From positions 48,710-112,709 of the forward strand of contig CAVUIM010000003.1 of NCBI GenBank assembly GCA_963741665.1: a stretch of 64,000 nt of DNA, given 5' to 3'. The first letter of the stretch is position 1. Each line of letters begins with the position of its first letter. The notes beneath the pieces were generated by a model that was given only the letters and a program-made list of their open reading frames with translations, was not told where the DNA came from and ran no database searches. Below, in pieces: positions 25,732 through 32,836 of the stretch. This DNA is from an uncultured Acidobacteriota bacterium. GTDB lineage: Bacteria; Acidobacteriota; Vicinamibacteria; Vicinamibacterales; UBA2999. A program made the position numbers and the translations under genes.

Positions 25732-25732
25732 T

Positions 25733-26005
25733 TTATTTTTGATACATAATGCAAGCATCGTAAATCCTCAATAAATCAGAGTATTTACCGCTAGAGAACG
25801 CCTCGCTCAGCGCCATCCAAGCCGACTCGTCAAAGACGTAGACCAGCTCACAGGGAAGGCCAATCGGACGGGCCGAAGGGTATTCTTGGCCTACAATCAC
25901 GGTTTTCCCGCCGCGTTTAGTGCCGTGCGCCCATAGGCGGACGGGTTCACCTGCCCACCCACGCACGATCACCGGAGTCGGAATGGTTGAGCGTGGAGTG
26001 CTCAT
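25733..26005 (-). CDS. hypothetical protein
   Basis: 90 aa from the ATG whose complement is at 26003-26005, within ORF 25733..26074. The 3' end is AT-rich. No motif recognised. Confidence 0.4.
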   Translation of the reverse strand: MSTPRSTIPTPVIVRGWAGEPVRLWAHGTKRGGKTVIVGQEYPSARPIGLPCELVYVFDESAWMALSEAFSSGKYSDLLRIYDACIMYQK

Positions 26006-26006
26006 G

Positions 26007-26036
26007 TTGACACCTCGTCCACGCTGATCGTAAAGT
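26007..26036 (+). promoter_or_regulatory. sigma-70-like promoter TTGACA-N18-TAAAGT
   Basis: A consensus -35 TTGACA at 26007-12, an 18-nt spacer and -10 TAAAGT at 26031-36, about 30 nt upstream of the 26068 ATG. Confidence 0.5.
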
Positions 26037-26067
26037 CGTCCTCGCGCCCAAGGTGGCGCGTAAAGCG

Positions 26068-26799
26068 ATGCCAACCAAAGACAGCCCGCCGCCCCCCTAC
26101 GTGTCGTTCGGCATCTTCAAGAGCACCATCGAATCCCTCGGCCAGTCGACCGTGCCGTCCGGACCGCTCGACCGCCGAGTCCTCGACGGTCTGTCCGGAG
26201 CCGACCACGGCGCTCTGATGTCTGGCATGCGATTCCTCGGGCTCGTGGACGCCGACCGCAAGGCCACACCCGCGTACCGCACGCTGGTGCAGACATCGAA
26301 GGACCAAGCGCAGTTCAAGAAGATGCTGCTGGACCTGATTACGGCCCGCTACAAGGACTCGGTAGGCAGCATCGACACCGCGCACGGCACCATCTCGGAG
26401 TTGGAGAAGGCGTTCAAGGACGCCGGGGTGCCGGCGGGCCAGATGCTCACCAAGACGGTCCGCTTCTACATCCGGGCGCTGCAAGAGTGCGGCGTAGAGG
26501 TGTCGCCGCACATCCTGAAAGCTAAGCGACCGCCTGCATCGCTCAAGAAAAACGGCGGCGACAAGCCGAAGAAGCCGCGGCCAACGAAACGCACTCAGGA
26601 CTTCGATGAGATTCCCGAGGCCGTCCAGTTCATATCGCCCGACGGGTTCGAGCGGTTGCCGATCCCTGGACTGGCCGGGGCCTACATTCAGTACCCATCG
26701 AACTTGTCGGCTGCCAACTGCGACCTGTTCGACGCCATGATCGGCGTCCTTCGCACCTACGTGAAGGGCCGCACTACCGAGAAGGAGAAGAAGCCGTGA
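26068..26799 (+). CDS. hypothetical protein with Lys/Pro-rich linker (N-terminal part reminiscent of DUF5343-type proteins, unverified)
   Basis: 243 aa from ATG 26068 (an alternative GTG is at 26053), with AAGG 14 nt upstream. It contains the basic tract KRPPASLKKNGGDKPKKPRPTKR. The family assignment is from memory only. Confidence 0.5.
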   Translation: MPTKDSPPPPYVSFGIFKSTIESLGQSTVPSGPLDRRVLDGLSGADHGALMSGMRFLGLVDADRKATPAYRTLVQTSKDQAQFKKMLLDLITARYKDSVGSIDTAHGTISELEKAFKDAGVPAGQMLTKTVRFYIRALQECGVEVSPHILKAKRPPASLKKNGGDKPKKPRPTKRTQDFDEIPEAVQFISPDGFERLPIPGLAGAYIQYPSNLSAANCDLFDAMIGVLRTYVKGRTTEKEKKP

Positions 26800-26836
26800 G
26801 GAGGGAGTGAGGGCCGCGCTAGGTGGCCCGAATCGA

Positions 26837-26880
26837 GCCGGAGCGGGAGGGAACGTTGGTGACGGGCTCCCCGCTCCGGC
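26837..26880 (+). other. long GC hairpin between the hypothetical gene and the tRNA
   Basis: GCCGGAGCGGG (26837-47) pairs perfectly with CCCGCTCCGGC (26870-80). The intervening 22 nt include two further possible pairs. There is no U-tract. It could be a terminator or a processing signal. Confidence 0.4.
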
Positions 26881-26906
26881 CCTAGCAGCACTTGCAAGTC
26901 CTCGAA

Positions 26907-26994
26907 GCCCCGGTGATGGAACAGGCAGACATGCACGGTTTGCAACCGTGTGGCCGCTAGCACGGCCGTCCGGGTTCAAGGCCCGGCCGGGGCA
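26907..26994 (+). tRNA. class-II tRNA, tRNA-Leu-like body with anticodon UGC (alanine codons); CCA not encoded
   Basis: Manual fold: GCCCCGG/TG/ATG/GAACAGGCAGA/CAT/G/CACGG/TTTGCAA/CCGTG/TGGCCGCTAGCACGGCCGT/CCGGG/TTCAAGG/CCCGG/CCGGGGC/A. All stems are Watson-Crick. U8, A14, G18G19, U33, A37, G53, the T-loop TTCAAGG, C61 and A73 are present. The anticodon is at 26941-26943. Confidence 0.8.
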
Positions 26995-27030
26995 CACTTT
27001 CGCACCCCAACCACCAACTAGAGTACCACG

Positions 27031-27183
27031 ATGCCTACGCCAGCCAAGCCCAAGCGTAAGACGGCCAAGAAGCCCCAGAAACGCGGCCCGAAAGAGGAAC
27101 GGCTGATCATCGCTGACGACCCGCAGACCGCCCTGATCACGCTCCTGAAGTTCCGCCCCGCCCCGAAGCGCCGCAAGCAGTAG
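27031..27183 (+). CDS. possible 50-aa highly basic small protein
   Basis: ATG 27031 to TAG 27181-83: MPTPAKPKRKTAKKPQKRGPKEERLIIADDPQTALITLLKFRPAPKRRKQ. It falls below the ORF-track length cutoff. No clear SD and no recognised homolog. Confidence 0.25.
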   Translation: MPTPAKPKRKTAKKPQKRGPKEERLIIADDPQTALITLLKFRPAPKRRKQ

Positions 27184-27293
27184 CCCGGCGATTCCGTCGC
27201 CGCCTACACCTCGCCCGACGTCCGCCCGAGAGAGTTTCAACAACTACTTACTCCCGAGCGGCCGTTGGTGACTCTGTTAGCATTTCGGCACGC

Positions 27294-27971
27294 ATGGCCC
27301 CCTCCAGCACCGTCGAGAACTACTTGAAGGAGGTTTATCTGGGGGTGTCGCGGCTGCCGGCCGGCACCCGGCTGCTGCCGATGGGCCAGCTGGCCGCCGC
27401 CCTCGGCGTGGCCCCGGGCACCGCCACCACGATGGTGAAGGCGCTGGCCGAATCAGGGCTGGTGGAATACGAGCCCTACAACGGCGTCTGCCTGACCGAC
27501 GCCGGCTTGCGGCTGGCCGCCACCGTGCTCCGCCGCCACCGGCTCGTCGAGCTGTTCCTGGTCCAGGTGATGGGCATGCGCTGGGACGAGGTGCACGACG
27601 ACGCCGAGCACCTGGAACACGTCGTCTCCGATCGGCTGATCGAACGAATGGACGAGATGCTCGGCCACCCCGAGACCGACCCGCACGGCGATCCGATCCC
27701 CGGCCCGGAGGGCACGTTCCGCGAGCGGCATCTCGAGACGCTGCTCACCTGCCCGGTCGGCGAGCGGGTGGTCGTCGCCCGCGTCACCGATCAGGACGCC
27801 GCCTTCCTCCGCTTCGTCGAGCGCAACGGCCTCAAGCCGGGCGAGGCGGTGGAGGTCGAGTCGCGCGACGAAGCCGCCGATGCGGTGCGCTTGCGCGGAC
27901 GCGACAACACCGTGGTGACAATCGGCACCCGGGCGGCGTCGAAGCTCCTGGTCGACACCACCGCCGGGTGA
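27294..27971 (+). CDS. DtxR/IdeR/MntR-family metal-dependent transcriptional regulator with C-terminal FeoA/SH3-like domain
   Basis: 225 aa. Motifs: ENYLKEVY, TATTMVKALAESGLV, RRHRLVELFL, EHLEHVVSD and HPETDPHGDPIP. Confidence 0.85.
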   Translation: MAPSSTVENYLKEVYLGVSRLPAGTRLLPMGQLAAALGVAPGTATTMVKALAESGLVEYEPYNGVCLTDAGLRLAATVLRRHRLVELFLVQVMGMRWDEVHDDAEHLEHVVSDRLIERMDEMLGHPETDPHGDPIPGPEGTFRERHLETLLTCPVGERVVVARVTDQDAAFLRFVERNGLKPGEAVEVESRDEAADAVRLRGRDNTVVTIGTRAASKLLVDTTAG

Positions 27972-27981
27972 GCGGCCAGAC

Positions 27982-28641
27982 TCAGGCGAGCGGCAACCGG
28001 GCGGCGGCGAGGGCGGCGCGGATGGCCGCCGGCAGCGCCGAGGGTGTCGGCGCCACCCACGCCGTCGGCGGCGTCTCGATCGCCGCGGCGCCGAACCCGT
28101 AGCCCGCCAGCACGAACGGCACGCCGGCGCGGCGCGCGGTCTCGGCATCGACCGGCGAATCGCCGACCAGCACCATCGGCCCCCCGCCGGCGTGGAATCG
28201 CAGGGAGACGAGACCGGCGGGATCGGGCTTGCGCGGCAACGGGCCGTCGCCGCCGACGACCTCGACGAACCGACCGCGCAGGCCGAGACCGGCGAGGATC
28301 CGCTCGGCGGGCTGCCGCGGTTTGTTGGTGAGGACGGTCAACGCCAGCAGCGGGTCGAGGGCGTCGAGCGCGGCGAGCATCCCGGGATACAGGCACGTGG
28401 TGTCGAGCAGCCGGGCGTCGTAGAGCGACAGGAACTGCTCGAGGGCGCCAGGGGTGGCCGGATCGAGCCGGGCCGCGGTGAGCACCCGGCGAACCAGCAC
28501 GGGCGCGCCCTCGCCGACCATCGCGACCACCTCGGCCCGGCTCAGCGGCCGGCCGCCGAGCGCCACCGCCAGCGCGCTGGCCGCCGACGCCAGGTCGGTG
28601 GCCGAATCCACCAGCGTCCCATCGAGGTCGAACGCCACCAT
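27982..28641 (-). CDS. gph: HAD-superfamily hydrolase, phosphoglycolate-phosphatase-like
   Basis: 219 aa from the ATG whose complement is at 28639-28641. It has HAD motif I FDLDGTLVDS, TNKP and the C-terminal GDSPVD. Confidence 0.7.
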   Translation of the reverse strand: MVAFDLDGTLVDSATDLASAASALAVALGGRPLSRAEVVAMVGEGAPVLVRRVLTAARLDPATPGALEQFLSLYDARLLDTTCLYPGMLAALDALDPLLALTVLTNKPRQPAERILAGLGLRGRFVEVVGGDGPLPRKPDPAGLVSLRFHAGGGPMVLVGDSPVDAETARRAGVPFVLAGYGFGAAAIETPPTAWVAPTPSALPAAIRAALAAARLPLA

Positions 28642-28731
28642 GCCGGCGGTCACCGGCGACCTCACCACTGCCTCACCATCACGCGATCGTCGCTCCCCCA
28701 ACCGTCGGGCTTGATTGTATCCTTCGGTGCA

Positions 28732-29418
28732 ATGACCAGGCGGCCGGTGTCCGTCGTGCTCGTCTCCGGGGGACTGGACAGCGCCGTGCTGCTCGCGCAC
28801 GAGTCCGTCACGCACGACGTGCGCCCGGTGTACGTGCGATCGGGTCTGGCCTGGGAGGCCGCCGAGCTGCGGACGCTGGCCCGGCTCATCGCCGCGCCGG
28901 TGTTGTCGACCCATCTGCTGCCGCTCACGGTGATCGAGCTGCCGATGCGCGACGTCTATCCGCAGGATCACTGGGCCATCGTCGGCCACGCCCCCGACTA
29001 CGACACCCCGGACGAGGAGGTGTATCTCATCGGCCGCAACCTCACGCTGCTGGCCAAGGCCGGCGTGGTCGCGGCCCGTGCCGACGCCCGGCGCATCGCA
29101 CTGGGGCCGCTGGCCGGCAATCCGTTCCCCGACGCGACGCCGGCGTTCTTCACGGCGATGGCCGAGGCGCTGTCGCGCGGGCTGGCGCACGCGCTGTCGA
29201 TCGCCACGCCGTTCGCCACGTTGCACAAGCACCAGGTGATCGAACTGGGGGCGCGGCTGAGCGTGCCGTTCGAGCTGACGCTCTCGTGCATGCAGCCCGA
29301 CGGCGATCGCCACTGCGGACGGTGCAGCAAGTGCCGCGAGCGCCGCGACGCCTTTGCCGAAGCCGGGGTGTTCGATCCCAGCTCCTACGCGCAGCCGTCG
29401 CCGCGCGAGCCGGCGTGA
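28732..29418 (+). CDS. queC: 7-cyano-7-deazaguanine synthase QueC
   Basis: 228 aa from ATG 28732. It has the PP-loop SGGLDS and the C-terminal Zn cluster CMQPDGDRHCGRCSKC. Confidence 0.85.
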   Translation: MTRRPVSVVLVSGGLDSAVLLAHESVTHDVRPVYVRSGLAWEAAELRTLARLIAAPVLSTHLLPLTVIELPMRDVYPQDHWAIVGHAPDYDTPDEEVYLIGRNLTLLAKAGVVAARADARRIALGPLAGNPFPDATPAFFTAMAEALSRGLAHALSIATPFATLHKHQVIELGARLSVPFELTLSCMQPDGDRHCGRCSKCRERRDAFAEAGVFDPSSYAQPSPREPA

Positions 29419-29464
29419 TCGATGCGGGGCAGCTCTTCCGCCCTCCGAATACCCTGAAGGCGAT

Positions 29465-30376
29465 CTAGCGCTCGAAGCGGATGGTGCCGTCGCCGGTGCG
29501 GATACGCAGTGTGCGGCCGCCGGTCCCGAGCGTGCCGCGCAGTTCGCGCCGCGACTCCTCGTCGTCGTCGCGGCGTTCGACGGTGAGGCCGGGGTAGTTC
29601 GAACGGACCGCGCCGTCGGTGGTGACGGCGTCGACGGCGACGTCGATGGCCTCGGGCAGCCGCACCTCGATCGAGCCGTCGCGGGTCTCGACGACCCAGT
29701 CCTCTTCGAGCCGGCTGCCGGGTTCCAGGGCGATGCGCACCGAGCCGTCACCGGTCTTGGCGCGCAGGTGCGTGAGCGTGCCTCCGACCACGACGCTGCC
29801 ATCGCCGGTCTCGACATCGACCTTGCCGGTCATCTCGCGGAAGCGGATCGAGCCGTCGTCGGTGCGGGCCAGTACTTCGCCCGACAGCCGCGTGGCGACA
29901 ATCGCGCCGTCGTCGGTGCGGAACGACGCCGTGCCGGTGATCTCTTCGACGGTGATCGAGCCGTCGCCGCTGCGCAGGTCGAGCATCGTCGCCTTGGGCA
30001 CGGCCACCCGCAGCCGCGCGCTGGGCGAGTATTGGACGCCGATGACGATGCCGTCGGAGCCCGACGACGACGGTCCACGCACCCTCAGCGTCACCGTATC
30101 GCCGTCCTGCGACTTCTCGATGACGATGTCCTGGAGCTTGGTCTCGTCCTGGGCCTGCTTCTCGACCACCACCTCGACCTCGGCGCGGTCCCAGGCGTGC
30201 ACTTCGATCGAGCCGTCGAAGGTGTCGAGCGCCACTCTCGGCGTGCCCGTCACCTTGAACAGGTGGGTCTCCGACACGGTCGCGCCGTCGGTGTTGACGT
30301 TGACCGTGCATCCAGTCAGGACGACCGCGAGTGCGGCGGCGCCGAGCGAGCTTACGTGTCGAGCTGTGGCTGGCAT
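29465..30376 (-). CDS. DUF4097-type repeat lipoprotein (putative adhesin)
   Basis: 303 aa from the ATG whose complement is at 30374-30376. It has the lipobox LTGC and repeated DGSI/DGSV/DGAI beta-strand units. Confidence 0.65.
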   Translation of the reverse strand: MPATARHVSSLGAAALAVVLTGCTVNVNTDGATVSETHLFKVTGTPRVALDTFDGSIEVHAWDRAEVEVVVEKQAQDETKLQDIVIEKSQDGDTVTLRVRGPSSSGSDGIVIGVQYSPSARLRVAVPKATMLDLRSGDGSITVEEITGTASFRTDDGAIVATRLSGEVLARTDDGSIRFREMTGKVDVETGDGSVVVGGTLTHLRAKTGDGSVRIALEPGSRLEEDWVVETRDGSIEVRLPEAIDVAVDAVTTDGAVRSNYPGLTVERRDDDEESRRELRGTLGTGGRTLRIRTGDGTIRFER

Positions 30377-31596
30377 CACGGCCTCCCGGGTGGAGAGACG
30401 GCGCCACGCCCGGCGGAGTTCCACGCCGGCGCGCCGGCCACCCAGGTCTGCACCACCTGCCAGCTGGCGTCCAGCACCACCAGGTCGGCGGCGGCGCCGG
30501 GGGCGAGACGGCCCAGGTCGGGCCGCCCCAGCGCCTGCGCCGGCGTGGTGGCGCACAGCCGCGCCGCGGTCACGACGTCGAGGCCGACCGGTCCGAGCAG
30601 CGTCCGAAAGGCGCCGTCCATCGTCAGGATGCTGCCGGCCAGGGTGCCGTCGGCGAGCACGGCGCAGCGCTCGGTGACCCGAATCGGCTGGTCGCCGAGC
30701 ACGCTCTCGGCACCCACCGGCAGGCCGGCGCCGGCGGTGGCGTCGGTGATGGCGAGGACGCCACCGGGCCCCTTGGCGCGCACCGCCATCCGCACCATCG
30801 CCGGGTGCACGTGGAAGCCGTCGCAGATCACCTCGGTCGTCACCCCGTCGTGCGTCAGCACCGCCCCGGCCAGGCCGGGCGCGCGGTGCGCCACCGGCGG
30901 CATCCGGTTGAAGAGATGCGTGGCGTGGCGGGCGCCGGCGTCGATGCCCGCGAGGGCCTGCTCGAGGGTGGCGGCCGAGTGGCCGAGCGACACGCGGTGT
31001 CCGGCGGCGACGAGCCGGGCGATGAGATCGAGCGCCCGGTCGAGTTCGGGCGCCAGCGTGACCAGCCGCACCGCGGCGCGGTGCGCGTCGATCACCGCGA
31101 CGATGGCCGCCCCGGTGAAGCGGCCCTCGTGCGACAGCGCGTCGCCGGGGCGCGGCGGCACGCGCAGGCAGCCGGCCGGCTGCGCGCCGTTGTACTCGGG
31201 ATTCAGGAAGTTGCTCTCGAGATGCGCGCCGAGGACCCGGGCCGCGCCGTCGTGCGGCGCCGCCACCGCGGCCTCGACGGCGGACAGGAACCGTTCGAGC
31301 GGCTCGGGGGCGCAGGCCACCGTGGTCGGACAGAACCCGGTGACGCCGTGGCGCGGCAACGACGCGGCCACGCGGGCGACGGCGCCGGCGCCGCTCAGCA
31401 CGTCGGTGCCATCGACGCCGTGGATGTGGCCGTCGATGAAGCCGGGCAGGATCCACTGCCCGTCGCAGGCGATGTCGTCGGCCGACGCGCCGGTGTCGGC
31501 GGCGATCTCGACGATGACGCCGTGATCGATCGCCAGCGCGGCGCCCTCCAGGACGCCGTCGGGAGTGACGATGCGCCCGCCGCGCAGCCGGATCAC
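30376..31596 (-). CDS. nagA: N-acetylglucosamine-6-phosphate deacetylase
   Basis: 406 aa. Motifs: ILPGFIDGHIHG, AGHRVSLGHS, THLFNRM and ITDATAG. Confidence 0.8.
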   Translation of the reverse strand: MIRLRGGRIVTPDGVLEGAALAIDHGVIVEIAADTGASADDIACDGQWILPGFIDGHIHGVDGTDVLSGAGAVARVAASLPRHGVTGFCPTTVACAPEPLERFLSAVEAAVAAPHDGAARVLGAHLESNFLNPEYNGAQPAGCLRVPPRPGDALSHEGRFTGAAIVAVIDAHRAAVRLVTLAPELDRALDLIARLVAAGHRVSLGHSAATLEQALAGIDAGARHATHLFNRMPPVAHRAPGLAGAVLTHDGVTTEVICDGFHVHPAMVRMAVRAKGPGGVLAITDATAGAGLPVGAESVLGDQPIRVTERCAVLADGTLAGSILTMDGAFRTLLGPVGLDVVTAARLCATTPAQALGRPDLGRLAPGAAADLVVLDASWQVVQTWVAGAPAWNSAGRGAVSPPGRP

Positions 31597-31618
31597 GCCG
31601 CCGGCGTCCTCAGGCCGA

Positions 31619-32749
31619 TCATGCCGGCGCGTCGCCGCCCTTCCGGGGCGCCGAGGCCTCGACCTTGAGCGCCGCCACCAGCGCGTCGCGCTGGTGCACC
31701 AGGCCCTTCAGCGCGCGCCGGTTGTTGGTGTGGCCGACGGCGTATTCGGCGAAGAGCGGGAAGGCAATCGTCGAATCGCAGTAGGCGACGCAGGTGTCGG
31801 GCAGCACGCCCGGGTTGACCTTGCCCCAGCTGACGGCTTCGGCCGGCGTCGCGCCGGACAACCCGCCCCACACCACCGAATCAGTGGTGATCTGGATGAA
31901 GTAGTCGTTGCCGCCCTTGGGGATGCCGTAGACCTCCCACAGCGTCGGCTGGCCCTGCAGGTAGAAGTTCTTGGGCGAGCCGCCGCCGAGGATCACCGCG
32001 CCGTTCTTCTGACCGGCCAGGATGATGGCGCAGACCTCGTTGACGTCCTTGTTGGGATCGACCATCAGCCGGCCGCCGTTCATCAGCTCGTGATAGGCGA
32101 TGTTCATCCCGATCGAGCTGTCGCCGGGCGACGAGGTGTAGATCGGCACCCCGGCGCGCGACGCGGCGGCCAGCACCGAGTAGTCCTCGCAGCCAGGATG
32201 CATCGCCCGCAGGTCTTCGCCGAGCGCGTAGTGAAGTTCGGCGGTCGACACCGGACGGTCGAGCCCCGAGCGGACCAGGAACTCGCGCACGTAGGTGTCG
32301 GTGTCGAGCAGCACCTGCGCCGGGAACAGCACGTCGTAGATGCGGATGATGCCGTCTTCGTAGAGTTGCCGGTCGTCGACGAACGGCGAGCCGCGGTGCA
32401 GGGTGAAGTTCAGCGCGTAGTGGAGGTCGTGGTAGAGGTTGGCGCCGGTGCTGATGACGAAGTCGACCAGCCCGCGCTCCATCAGCTCGATGACCGCGCC
32501 GCCGAGGCCGGCCGGGGTCATCGCTCCGGCGATGGTCAGCGCGATCGTCGTGTCGTGGTCGGGCGACAGCATCTTGTCCGAGAAGATGCGGCAGGCCTCG
32601 CCGAGGCGGGCGGCGTTGAACGCCTGGAAGCCCTCGTCGATGAGGGTGCGCACGTCGGCGCTGCCGCGCGGGCGGTAATAGCGGATCGGGCGGCCCGAGA
32701 GCGGGTTCCGCGTGGACGAACCGGGAGATCCAGGGGCACGATAGGGCAC
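31619..32749 (-). CDS. deoxyhypusine synthase-like protein
   Basis: 376 aa from the GTG whose complement is at 32747-32749, with GGAGG 11 nt upstream. Motifs: AGAMTPAGLGG, DFVISTGANLYHD, SSPGDSSIGM, GGGSPKNF and ITTDSVVWGGLSGATP. Confidence 0.75.
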   Translation of the reverse strand: MPYRAPGSPGSSTRNPLSGRPIRYYRPRGSADVRTLIDEGFQAFNAARLGEACRIFSDKMLSPDHDTTIALTIAGAMTPAGLGGAVIELMERGLVDFVISTGANLYHDLHYALNFTLHRGSPFVDDRQLYEDGIIRIYDVLFPAQVLLDTDTYVREFLVRSGLDRPVSTAELHYALGEDLRAMHPGCEDYSVLAAASRAGVPIYTSSPGDSSIGMNIAYHELMNGGRLMVDPNKDVNEVCAIILAGQKNGAVILGGGSPKNFYLQGQPTLWEVYGIPKGGNDYFIQITTDSVVWGGLSGATPAEAVSWGKVNPGVLPDTCVAYCDSTIAFPLFAEYAVGHTNNRRALKGLVHQRDALVAALKVEASAPRKGGDAPA

Positions 32750-32836
32750 GGGGCGATCAACCTCCGGAAAAACTGCGCACGTCAGGGTACCAGACGGACT
32801 CGACCGCCACCAAGCACCACTAACCTTTCCCTGGGA

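Noticed and set aside
23781-25739. Target-site duplications flanking the putative IS ends.
   Set aside because: The 8-nt flanks do not match: CGGCTCCG or GCATGCCG on the left against TTTATTTT on the right. The IS boundaries therefore stay tentative.
26907-26994. Alternative identities for the tRNA: tRNA-Sec, an allo-tRNA (8/4 or 9/3 stems), the tmRNA tRNA-like domain, or an ordinary tRNA-Ala.
   Set aside because: - The anticodon is not UCA, and the D arm is 3 bp with an 11-nt loop rather than the 6 bp with a 4-nt loop of tRNA-Sec.
- The acceptor/T stems fold as a canonical 7/5. An 8/4 fold is possible only through a T.G pair.
- No tmRNA body follows.
- It cannot be a normal tRNA-Ala, because it has a 19-nt variable arm and C3:G70 instead of G3:U70.
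32773-32793. A possible sigma-54 promoter (minus strand TGGTACCCTGACGTGC) upstream of the deoxyhypusine-synthase-like gene.
   Set aside because: The GG and GC elements are one nucleotide too far apart relative to the TGGCAC-N5-TTGC consensus, and the -12 element is weak. This is not supportable without a genome-wide model.
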